A DNA stretch of 41,542 nt from Candidatus Aenigmatarchaeota archaeon (GTDB taxonomy: Archaea; Aenigmatarchaeota; Aenigmatarchaeia; QMZP01): positions 1 to 41,542 of the forward strand of contig JBDRSV010000029.1 in the NCBI GenBank assembly GCA_043824495.1. Reading direction: 5' to 3'. Shown here piece after piece: positions 1 through 8,098 of the stretch; positions within the stretch are counted from its first letter, which is position 1, and every line of letters begins with the position of its first letter. Below the pieces are notes generated by a model. That model made no database searches. It was not told the origin of the DNA and was given only the letters and a program-made list of their open reading frames with translations. The translations under genes were made by a program, and so were the position numbers.

Positions 1-3000
1 TACAGATTCAGCGTCTTCTTCTGTTATTGTTCCATCTCCATTAACATCTCCTATTTGTTGTCCATTTTCACATGGAAACGGTTCACAAACAGGAGAAGCA
101 GGCCATTCCCCCAGGGGATAAGACTGATCATAAGGACAAGAATCAATTGCGTCCTCTCTTGTTGAGTCCCAATTGTATGGAAGACAATTCGGATGTTGAT
201 TTCCATGCTCACAGAAATAAGGTTCTTCGGTTCTACCCCAGTAATTGCCTTGATTTTTATGAGAGAGTTCCACTACTTCTCCTTCATACGTATCATAAAC
301 TGCTTCGCCACCAGTCTTAAACACAGAGTTATGAGTTATGACGGAATTAAATGGTCTTTGACCAACTTTATACATTGTTAACCTTCCTTCTATCCAATTA
401 TATTCTATATGGGCCTCGTCGAAAAATCCTGTAATAGCATTAGAAAATGAGTTTGATGAAATTATGTTGCCAATTATTTTTTCCCTATACCCGTTGATAA
501 ACATACCATAAGTGAACTCTGGTCGATTGTTTAAAATGGAATTGTTTGCGATTAATCTTTCATACTCATCCTCAAAATTATAATCTCTTACAACAATTCC
601 ATAGACACGACTATTAACTATAGAATTATTTACTATTCTGTAACCTCGATTATTTACTCCGTTTAAAAGAGTATTATACCCTAAATGTATCCCGCTTTCT
701 GCACTAACATTTATTATTTTATTATTAATAATTTCAGTATTATTTGTTTCATAAAGTAAAATTCCATCACCAATTAAATTGTTATTAATTATAGAAACAT
801 TATCTCCATATGATACTTGAAGGTGGCCTGAATTAAGATTTTCTATTGTGACATCTCTTACATCAAAGAAATAATGAACAGGTAAACCATCAACAAAGTT
901 TGAAGTATCTATTGAATGGTTCAGCAATGAAGGCTGATCAGAACCATATACTAATAAATTCAGATTGCCGTTGTTATTAAAATAATTGGATTTAAGAGTT
1001 GTATTTGATGACATCCATAATAATAAACCATAACTATTTGATTGTAAGCGGTTGTTGGTGAATATAGAGTTATCAGTATATTTACTATAAATTCCATTAT
1101 AAAAATTTTCAATATTGCAATTATTTACTTTAAGATTCTGATTATGTGTATTAGGCAAGTAAGAGAGAATTCCACTATCAAAATCTTCTCCGTTTCCACT
1201 AATTTTATGCCCATGGCAGTCTATTGATATATTATCTTTGTCAACTTGAATACAACCAACAGGACTATACAAATCTTGTGTAAGATGTATATTCGCACCA
1301 GGTAATTTAGCAAACATATTACACTCGAGACAGCTTGAACAGTAATACTCTCTTTCCGGATTATTTGTTAATACTATAAGAGTTCTATCTTCACTATTCC
1401 CACCATTTGAATAAACTGTCAATTTTAGGGTATAAATCGAGTCTTCAATTAATTCAGTATTCCAGTCTTCATATAGAATCCCATTAATTGGAATTGTTAG
1501 TGATTCAGTTAAAGTGATCCAACTGGATGGTTCAATACCTTGACCATATTCAATTTTGTAATCAATAAAACTATCTGTGTAAACAGTTCCGCTAATATTA
1601 ATTACACCACTAAAAAAACCACTAGTATTTAAAATTGATATTGGTGGTGGAGTTTCCAATTGAACCGCCTCAAAAACATCAATTCTGCCCCAACCTTCTT
1701 TCAACACATCATAACCCAAATTAATAGCAGTATTTCTTAAGGCGTATTTTATTTCTTGGGGACCCCAATCAGGATGTGCTTGGAGTATAAGCGCAGCAGC
1801 GCCAGATACATGAGGTGTTGCCATAGACGTTCCAGAGATTGCAGTATGTTCATAGTCAAGGCATTTTAAATAGTCCCATGCTGAATCCCATTGTGCTGCA
1901 CAGATATCTACACCTGGAGCAACAACATCTGGCTTAACCCTGTAATCCTTTGTGGGCCCCTTTGAACTGAAATCTGCTATTATATCTTGTTTGTCACTAG
2001 CACCTACTGTTATTGCTTTTTTTGCGCATCCTGGAGCTCCTATAGTGGAATAACCATACTCATTACTAGCTGCAGCAACTACAACTACACCAACATCTAC
2101 AGCATTATCAATGGCTATCGAAGATCCTACATCTTCATAACAATCATCGAAATCATAATATTTAACACTTAAGCTCATGCTGATTACATCTAAATGATCA
2201 GAGAAGTTGCCGTCTTGATCAGGGTCTGTTGCTCTTTCTATCGCTTCGATAACATCAGAGTCTGATCCATAACCATATTGATCCAAGACTTTATACGCAT
2301 AGAGATTGGCATCAGGTGCAACACCTTTCAGAGTTCCACTACCCGCTGCTGTTGCAGCAACATGAGTTCCATGTCCTTGATCGTCCATTGGATCTTCGTC
2401 ATCATTGACAAAATCATAGCCATCTATAACCTTGCACCCAGACCCAAAACAACCCCCTAAATCAGGGTGTGTATAATCAATTCCTGTATCTATTATGGCA
2501 ATTGTTTTTCCTTCTCCTGTGATTTTCACCCCTTCTGGATCATCTAAATCCCAAACTTGATCAGCATTAATCAAAGGGATAGAGTCCATTAATTTTATGC
2601 TAACTTCGTGATCTGTATAAATTCTCTCTATTTCGGGCAATAACTCCAATTGTTTCACTTCTTCTTCAGAAAGATCATGTATAGAAAATCCATTAAATAC
2701 GTTTTGAAATTCTCTTTTAATTTCAGCTTTTGGGATGAGCTCTTTTATCTGTGTTTTCAGACTATTTTGTTTATCAATAACATTAGTCCTATAAGTTTTT
2801 GTATTATGAATTAACAGATTTTGATCATACTCTTGAATGGTTTTCTCTTTAACATAAAACTCAGCAACAGAATCATCTCTTAATTTAATGATATAACTAG
2901 AATCTTTTGCTTCTTCTTCGGTAGCAGACAAAATTGGTGTTAAATCACCACTAGATTCTTGCGATATTGACAAAGGATCTACGAATGACGGTACGTTTAT

Positions 3001-3231
3001 TTCACAGACATTCTCATCTATCTCCTTATCACAATCATTATCAATCCCGTCACAAATTTCTTCAGATGGAGTGCATGTAGATGTTACAGGTTCAATTGAA
3101 CCGAGAGGTGTAACTGTTCCAGGAAGTCTGAACTGTCCAGCAGGAGTTTCATATACAGAAGAAACAGCAAACACTCCTACAATGACTATACAAGCAAAAA
3201 TAATTGAATATGATATAGGAGTTAAACCCAT
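1..3231 (-). CDS. Large secreted S8 (subtilisin-like) serine protease, multidomain; 3' end runs off the left edge (>1077 aa)
   Basis: Missing from the ORF track because it has no stop in the window. ATG at 3231. The N-terminal start, His (HGTHVAATAAG, ~2350-2373), Ser (GTSMATPHVSGAAAL, ~1790-1833) and left-edge segments checked share one frame; Asp motif IAIIDTGIDYTHPDL at ~2460-2500. Also a hydrophobic N-terminus, EEICDGIDNDCD motif, NosD-like beta-helix segment (NHSIDTSNFVDGLPVHY) and dockerin-like IGDVNGDGTITEEDAESV at 1-54. Confidence 0.92.
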   Translation of the reverse strand, partial: MGLTPISYSIIFACIVIVGVFAVSSVYETPAGQFRLPGTVTPLGSIEPVTSTCTPSEEICDGIDNDCDKEIDENVCEINVPSFVDPLSISQESSGDLTPILSATEEEAKDSSYIIKLRDDSVAEFYVKEKTIQEYDQNLLIHNTKTYRTNVIDKQNSLKTQIKELIPKAEIKREFQNVFNGFSIHDLSEEEVKQLELLPEIERIYTDHEVSIKLMDSIPLINADQVWDLDDPEGVKITGEGKTIAIIDTGIDYTHPDLGGCFGSGCKVIDGYDFVNDDEDPMDDQGHGTHVAATAAGSGTLKGVAPDANLYAYKVLDQYGYGSDSDVIEAIERATDPDQDGNFSDHLDVISMSLSVKYYDFDDCYEDVGSSIAIDNAVDVGVVVVAAASNEYGYSTIGAPGCAKKAITVGASDKQDIIADFSSKGPTKDYRVKPDVVAPGVDICAAQWDSAWDYLKCLDYEHTAISGTSMATPHVSGAAALILQAHPDWGPQEIKYALRNTAINLGYDVLKEGWGRIDVFEAVQLETPPPISILNTSGFFSGVINISGTVYTDSFIDYKIEYGQGIEPSSWITLTESLTIPINGILYEDWNTELIEDSIYTLKLTVYSNGGNSEDRTLIVLTNNPEREYYCSSCLECNMFAKLPGANIHLTQDLYSPVGCIQVDKDNISIDCHGHKISGNGEDFDSGILSYLPNTHNQNLKVNNCNIENFYNGIYSKYTDNSIFTNNRLQSNSYGLLLWMSSNTTLKSNYFNNNGNLNLLVYGSDQPSLLNHSIDTSNFVDGLPVHYFFDVRDVTIENLNSGHLQVSYGDNVSIINNNLIGDGILLYETNNTEIINNKIINVSAESGIHLGYNTLLNGVNNRGYRIVNNSIVNSRVYGIVVRDYNFEDEYERLIANNSILNNRPEFTYGMFINGYREKIIGNIISSNSFSNAITGFFDEAHIEYNWIEGRLTMYKVGQRPFNSVITHNSVFKTGGEAVYDTYEGEVVELSHKNQGNYWGRTEEPYFCEHGNQHPNCLPYNWDSTREDAIDSCPYDQSYPLGEWPASPVCEPFPCENGQQIGDVNGDGTITEEDAESV

Positions 3232-3252
3232 AATATATTATTGTATAATAAC

Positions 3253-3284
3253 ATATAATAATCATAGGTCGAGGGTTTGCATCT
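3253..3284. repeat. Cassette-bounding direct repeat, copy 1 (degenerate)
   Basis: atataataatcatagg (3253-3268) is identical to 3917-3932; it continues tcgagggtttgcatct, similar to copies 2 and 3. Confidence 0.75.
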
Positions 3285-3367
3285 TTTAACAGTGATGATA
3301 GTATCTCTTACGAAAAAGTATATACTAAAACGTAAAGTTTATAAACTAGTTCTACTAAATAATATAT

Positions 3368-3724
3368 ATGAATACGGAATATATGATTGATAAAAATCAA
3401 ATTAGAATGATAAACGAAAAATATGGTGGTAGTTTAAGATCAGATGCTGAAATAGAAACTGCTCTTATGTTGGGTAAAGGGAAAAGTGTCTATAGAAAAA
3501 TTGCTTATTTGTGGAGGTCTATACTTGTAGGGCATCCATTTACAGATGGCAATAAAAGAACGGCATTAATAGTTGCTCTTACAATACTGGAAGCATGTAA
3601 AATAAAGTTGGATGAAAAGAAAAAGGAGAACATGGTAGAGGAGATAACTAAGATAGCGAAAGAAAACATAGAAGACATTAACAGAATAGAGAGGCTGGTG
3701 AGATATGTTGTCACAGGAAATTAA
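3368..3724 (+). CDS. Doc/Fic-family (death-on-curing-type) toxin
   Basis: Motif HPFTDGNKRTA; 118 aa, Doc-like size. Confidence 0.88.
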   Translation: MNTEYMIDKNQIRMINEKYGGSLRSDAEIETALMLGKGKSVYRKIAYLWRSILVGHPFTDGNKRTALIVALTILEACKIKLDEKKKENMVEEITKIAKENIEDINRIERLVRYVVTGN

Positions 3725-3731
3725 GAGAATA

Positions 3732-3917
3732 ATGAAAGAGAATGAGAAATATGCAAAGATTTTAGAGGAGTATGACAGAACTGGAAAATTTCCTTTAGAA
3801 AAAATTAGACGAAGTTTTACCCTCAAGAGGATGACTATTAACAAACTTAAGTCTCTTTCCAAAAAAACTGGAAGGAGTATGTCTGATATTATAGACTCTT
3901 TAATAGAAAGTTCATGA
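3732..3917 (+). CDS. Small ribbon-helix-helix-like DNA-binding protein, putative antitoxin
   Basis: ATG 7 bp after the Doc stop; C-terminal RRSFTL...INKLKSLSKKTGRSMSDIIDSLI has an RHH pattern (beta strand plus two helices). Confidence 0.65.
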   Translation: MKENEKYAKILEEYDRTGKFPLEKIRRSFTLKRMTINKLKSLSKKTGRSMSDIIDSLIESS

Positions 3918-3950
3918 TATAATAATCATAGGCAGGGATTTGAACTATTT
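3917..3950. repeat. Cassette-bounding direct repeat, copy 2
   Basis: atcataggcagggatttgaactattt (3925-3950) matches 5893-5919 except for a one-base indel. Confidence 0.85.
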
Positions 3951-4050
3951 GTCCTAATCCCTCCATAAAGTCTTGTTTTTCGGTTCAGTATCTTACATGT
4001 AGTCACTGTAGACTAATGTATTTAAATATGTAGTCACACATATATAATAT

Positions 4051-4995
4051 ATGCATGTAGAAATACGTGATAGAGGGAAAAAGAAAGTCTATTATTTGGC
4101 ACATTCGTTCAGAGATAATGGTAACGTTAGAAAGATAAGAAAATATTTAGGTTCTGATCTAACTGAAGAAAAAATAAAATTATTGAGAAAAGATGCCGAA
4201 AAAATTATTCTAGAACAGATAATGAATTACAAAAAAATAAGGGACCCATTACATACTGTGCTATCTACAAAAGAAACGTTAATAATAAGAAATATGATAT
4301 CACCAGACAAAATAAAAATAAAACACTTATCAGAAAAAGAATGGACTAAATTTATTGAAAATTTTGCTTATGATACTAACGCCATTGAGGGTTCAACTGT
4401 TACATATTTGGAAGTTAAAAACATTCTAGAGAAAGATAAATGGCCAAAGGATAGGACAAAGTGGGAGATATCCGAGACGTATGGAGTTGCAGACGCAATA
4501 AAATACATACGTAGAACTAGAGATTCTGTTTCTCTTAACCTCATAAAGGAGTTACATAGAATAGTTTTCAAGAACTCCAAGGATTTTGCAGGTAAATTCA
4601 GAGAACCTGGGATAGAAGTTGTAGTTGCTGATAATAGAGGAAACATACTTCATAGGGGAGCTCCTCAAAAACAAGTTCCCTTTCTATTGAAAGAATTGAT
4701 AAAATGGTATGAAAAAAACAAAACAAATTATCATCCAATTGTTATTGCTTCTGTGGTTCACAATCAATTCGAAACAATACACCCTTTTCAAGATGGCAAC
4801 GGACGAGTTGGTAGATTGTTATTAAATAACATTCTCCTAAAATACAATCTGCCGCCTGTGAACATAGAGTTGAAAAGAAGACACGAATACTACTCCATTC
4901 TTCGAGAATATCAGAAAACAGGTAATATAAGACCAACCATAGAGTTTATACTCAAAGAATATAATGAATTAAAGAAGAGATTCAAAAATGTATGA
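4051..4995 (+). CDS. Fic family protein (AMPylase-type motif)
   Basis: Canonical HPFQDGNGRVGR motif, TNAIEGST upstream motif, basic N-terminal extension. Confidence 0.92.
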   Translation: MHVEIRDRGKKKVYYLAHSFRDNGNVRKIRKYLGSDLTEEKIKLLRKDAEKIILEQIMNYKKIRDPLHTVLSTKETLIIRNMISPDKIKIKHLSEKEWTKFIENFAYDTNAIEGSTVTYLEVKNILEKDKWPKDRTKWEISETYGVADAIKYIRRTRDSVSLNLIKELHRIVFKNSKDFAGKFREPGIEVVVADNRGNILHRGAPQKQVPFLLKELIKWYEKNKTNYHPIVIASVVHNQFETIHPFQDGNGRVGRLLLNNILLKYNLPPVNIELKRRHEYYSILREYQKTGNIRPTIEFILKEYNELKKRFKNV

Positions 4996-5172
4996 CTACA
5001 TTTCTGAGAGTTGTAGCCACACAAAATTCTCCCTAAGTGGTAATTCAGCTGCCAGTCATCTCCGAGGCTCTTTTGCCCTCTTGCTATCGGTTTCAGTGTT
5101 TTTGTATCGGGGCTTTTAACCTAAATTCTAAAGTATTGGGATACTTTTAATAACATAAGTTATAGATAAAAT

Positions 5173-5864
5173 ATGAAAATTTCAGAAATAGTTTGCATAG
5201 GATTTGACTGGGACGGAACTCTTGCAGACAGTATGATAGGCAAAGCAAAATATTTTGCCGACTCAATTATTCAAATCTACTCAGAAATTGAAGATAAAAA
5301 AAGATTGAATTATCTTTTCATCAGAACGGAGGGAAGCTGAGAAACGTTCAATTACAAATAATACAGGAAAAATACAGTCTAAAATCTTTATCCGAAGATG
5401 AATATGAAAAATGGAGTGAATTATTCACGTCTTTGTATATAGACAAAAAACTGCCTTTATTTGATGATACATTGAAAGTTTTGGAAGAATTGAAGAAACG
5501 AGGCTACAAGTTAGTTTTATGTAGTTCTGTTCCACAAGATCATTTGGATAAAACTATGACATTGTATCCAGTAAAAGATTACTTCGAATTCATTCTGGGC
5601 ACTAAAGATAATGGAAAATTCAAAAAGGGTGTTCCACATTTGACATATGTATCCAAACATCTTAACATACCTCTTGGGAAAATAGCGTTTGTGGGTGATG
5701 GTTATCCTGATGTTATAGGTGCCAACGAAGCCGGATGTTTTTCTATAGGAAAATCGGACTCTAGAATACAGGGATCCGAAGAGAGACTGAAAGAAAACAA
5801 CCCAAAACTACTAATAAATAAATTAGAGGATCTGCTATCTTATTTTCCTTCTGTGACTAAATAA
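5173..5864 (+). pseudogene. HAD-superfamily phosphatase (Gph-like) split by a frameshift at an A7 run
   Basis: ATG 5173 gives MKISEIVCIGFDWDGTLADS (motif I DxD) and stops at 5338-5340. The -1 frame is open from 5298 (KKIELSFHQNGG...) into the 5433-5864 ORF with motif IV FVGDGYPDV. One extra A in 5296-5302 would restore ~230 aa. Confidence 0.8.
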
Positions 5865-5892
5865 TTTATATTAATAATTGAATTAATTCTAT

Positions 5893-5919
5893 ATCATAGG
5901 CAGAGGATTTGAACTATTT
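5893..5919. repeat. Cassette-bounding direct repeat, copy 3
   Basis: atcataggcagaggatttgaactattt; near-identical to 3925-3950. Confidence 0.85.
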
Positions 5920-5956
5920 TACCGTGTTTTTAATTCTAGTTTTATAATATATTCAC

Positions 5957-6706
5957 ATGTCCAAAAAAACTAGGCTGTTATCGCTGCTTATGAGATCAGG
6001 AGAATTCGAACGCTCAGATCATGCAGAAAAAGAGATAATAAGTGGTCATGTGTCTGTGGATGGGAAGATTGTAAAAGATCCCAAAAATTCATTCAAGATA
6101 AATTCTGTTATTAAGGTCAAAGAACATAAGTTAGAGTTGCAGAATCTTACTTATATCATCTTGAACAAACCAAAGGGAGTTATATGCCAGAAGTCGTCTA
6201 AAGAGAAGACTATTTATGATATTATAAATGGAATAGTAGAGATCGATAAAAAAATGAAGAATACATTATTCTCTATTGGAAGATTAGATAAAGACACAAC
6301 AGGATTGCTCATAGTCACGAATGATGGACAGATAGAAAAGAATCTGACGAGGAAAGAGTATGGTATTTTGAAAACGTATCATGTTAAAATGAAAAGCGCA
6401 ATGAAAGATGATGATATTGAAAGACTACTTGGTGGAGTTAGAATAACTGATGATGATGTTGGAAAGAAGTTCTTAGTAAAAGCGATGGAAATCAAGAAAA
6501 TTGGTAAGAAAGAAATTGAAATCGTAATTGGAGAAGGAAGAAAGCGTCAAATCAAGAAAATGCTAAAGTCATTGGGAAACGAAGTTGTTGATTTGAAGAG
6601 AGTTGGTATTGGAAAATTGAGAATTGAAGATCTGGATTTCAAGAATAAATCTTATTTAATTTTAAGCGAAAGTTCCCTTGAGAAACATATAGGACCGGCT
6701 AGATAG
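5957..6706 (+). CDS. RsuA/RluB-family pseudouridine synthase with N-terminal S4 domain
   Basis: ILNKPKGVI, IGRLDKDTTGLLIVTNDG (catalytic Asp), EGRKRQIKKM, LKRVGIG motifs; S4-like N-terminus. Confidence 0.92.
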   Translation: MSKKTRLLSLLMRSGEFERSDHAEKEIISGHVSVDGKIVKDPKNSFKINSVIKVKEHKLELQNLTYIILNKPKGVICQKSSKEKTIYDIINGIVEIDKKMKNTLFSIGRLDKDTTGLLIVTNDGQIEKNLTRKEYGILKTYHVKMKSAMKDDDIERLLGGVRITDDDVGKKFLVKAMEIKKIGKKEIEIVIGEGRKRQIKKMLKSLGNEVVDLKRVGIGKLRIEDLDFKNKSYLILSESSLEKHIGPAR

Positions 6707-6800
6707 AAATCTGTGCTTAGCGCTCACCAAAACAATCAAATCTAAAATGATCAGAATGCGATTCCATTAACTATAAAGTTAGATGTAACATATATCATAT

Positions 6801-7223
6801 ATGGAAACAAGATATCCACCTAAGATAGTAATAGACACTAATCTGATTATTGCAGCTAGGTATAATCCTAAAAGTGCGTCAAGTAAAGTAATAGATCTAT
6901 GTATAGAGCATAGACTTCTTGCTCTATATTCTGAAAAAACAAGAAATGAAAATCTAAATATTTTATTAAAGGTTCAACCGTCCAATGAATACTTAATAAA
7001 AATTAGACTCTTTTTTTCAAAATCTATTTACATACCCGATCCTACTACTAGAGTAAATATCTGTTCTGATTACTCAGACAACAAATATTTTGAAACGGCT
7101 ATTGATGCTGGAGCACAATATATAATAAGTAATGATAAACATTTACTAGAACACGATGGTTACTATGGCGTGCGTGTTATGAGACCTAGCGATTTCTTGA
7201 AAAAGTTTAAAAGCTCCTCTTAA
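6801..7223 (+). CDS. PIN-domain protein (putative TA toxin component)
   Basis: IVIDTNLIIAA, SDNKYFETAIDAGAQYIISNDKHLL pattern. Confidence 0.85.
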   Translation: METRYPPKIVIDTNLIIAARYNPKSASSKVIDLCIEHRLLALYSEKTRNENLNILLKVQPSNEYLIKIRLFFSKSIYIPDPTTRVNICSDYSDNKYFETAIDAGAQYIISNDKHLLEHDGYYGVRVMRPSDFLKKFKSSS

Positions 7224-7731
7224 ACTCTTTTAAGAACTTCTTCAGTGGCAATTCTTGTATTATCGTGTATGTAACAAACCTGACAGCTATGAGCATAAGT
7301 ATAACAGATATGAATAGATAGACCAAATCAATTGCTTGTCTTTCCAGTAATAGAAAAGATAAAGACGCTGTTATGGCTGGAGGATGAAACGAGTTAGATA
7401 AATATAGTAGAATTCCTACCAGAAATATTGTTGAGAATATATTGATAGACATGTGAATAGGGACTGTTATATTCAAGAAATATATTAGATACGAGACAAC
7501 TATGGCAATAACATAAGAAACTATAACAACGTGTAATCTTGTCAAGTGATGTGAAGTGGAATTTGTTAGAATAACTGCAGAAGCTCCAACACTGGCAAAC
7601 AATATAATATTTGATATTGTTATTTCAAAAGCGAATGATAAAACAGCAACTATTATTGCAGCAAAAAAAGACGGCAGGAAATGTTTATGCCAGATTATTC
7701 TTTCCTTTTTCATGAATCTCTTAAAATCCAT
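7207..7731 (-). CDS. HPP-family integral membrane protein
   Basis: Several TM helices, FASVGASAVIL and SFHPPAITASL motifs. Confidence 0.82.
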   Translation of the reverse strand: MDFKRFMKKERIIWHKHFLPSFFAAIIVAVLSFAFEITISNIILFASVGASAVILTNSTSHHLTRLHVVIVSYVIAIVVSYLIYFLNITVPIHMSINIFSTIFLVGILLYLSNSFHPPAITASLSFLLLERQAIDLVYLFISVILMLIAVRFVTYTIIQELPLKKFLKEFKRSF

Positions 7732-7771
7732 GTTTCATTATTAGTGAAAGTCAAATAAGTGTTTTCCTGTC

Positions 7772-7936
7772 TTATTTATTCGATGCTTTCACAATAGCCA
7801 TTGCAATGAAGGCAAATGCTATTGCAAGGAAAATAGATACATCCCATCTACCGAATAACGGACCAATGGCGAATCCCAAGAAGAAAAACCCTACGAAAGC
7901 TAAGCCTTCGATATCTTTACTTTTGTTTTTACTAAT
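7772..7936 (-). CDS. Small two-TM membrane protein with no ATG/GTG/TTG start (ATT start or decayed)
   Basis: 54 sense codons, ISKNKSKDIEGLAFVGFFFLGFAIGPLFGRWDVSIFLAIAFAFIAMAIVKASNK; in-frame stop just upstream; not in the ORF track. Confidence 0.45.
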   Translation of the reverse strand: MSKNKSKDIEGLAFVGFFFLGFAIGPLFGRWDVSIFLAIAFAFIAMAIVKASNK

Positions 7937-7992
7937 GATTTATTTTTATTTCTATATCTTAAAAGTACTTATATCCCTTTAATTAGACAGAT

Positions 7993-8039
7993 AAAAACCG
8001 AGGTAGGAGTGTGTTTTAAAACCCCACTCCCACACTCGG
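7993..8039 (-). terminator. GC-rich hairpin plus U-tract downstream of the GC-rich ORF
   Basis: Minus strand ccgag-tgtgggagtg...cactcctac-ctcgg followed by ttttt; a second hairpin caggcag...ctgcctg lies at 8049-8074. Confidence 0.7.
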
Positions 8040-8098
8040 CTAGTAATTCAGGCAGGTGTTAGCACATCTGCCTGCTTTACCGCGGAATCCACCGGGGT

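Noticed and set aside
72-3289. Plus-strand ORFs 72-320, 193-381, 1987-2172, 2278-2460, 3071-3289
   Set aside because: Antisense shadows of the S8 protease gene.
5030-5120. Known riboswitch (SAM-I, c-di-GMP) suggested by GGCAAA
   Set aside because: The other consensus elements are missing.
3925-5919. Intact tRNA genes at the GGATTTGAAC motifs
   Set aside because: Only a T-loop/3'-like fragment; the adjoining sequence cannot form T-stem, anticodon or D arms.
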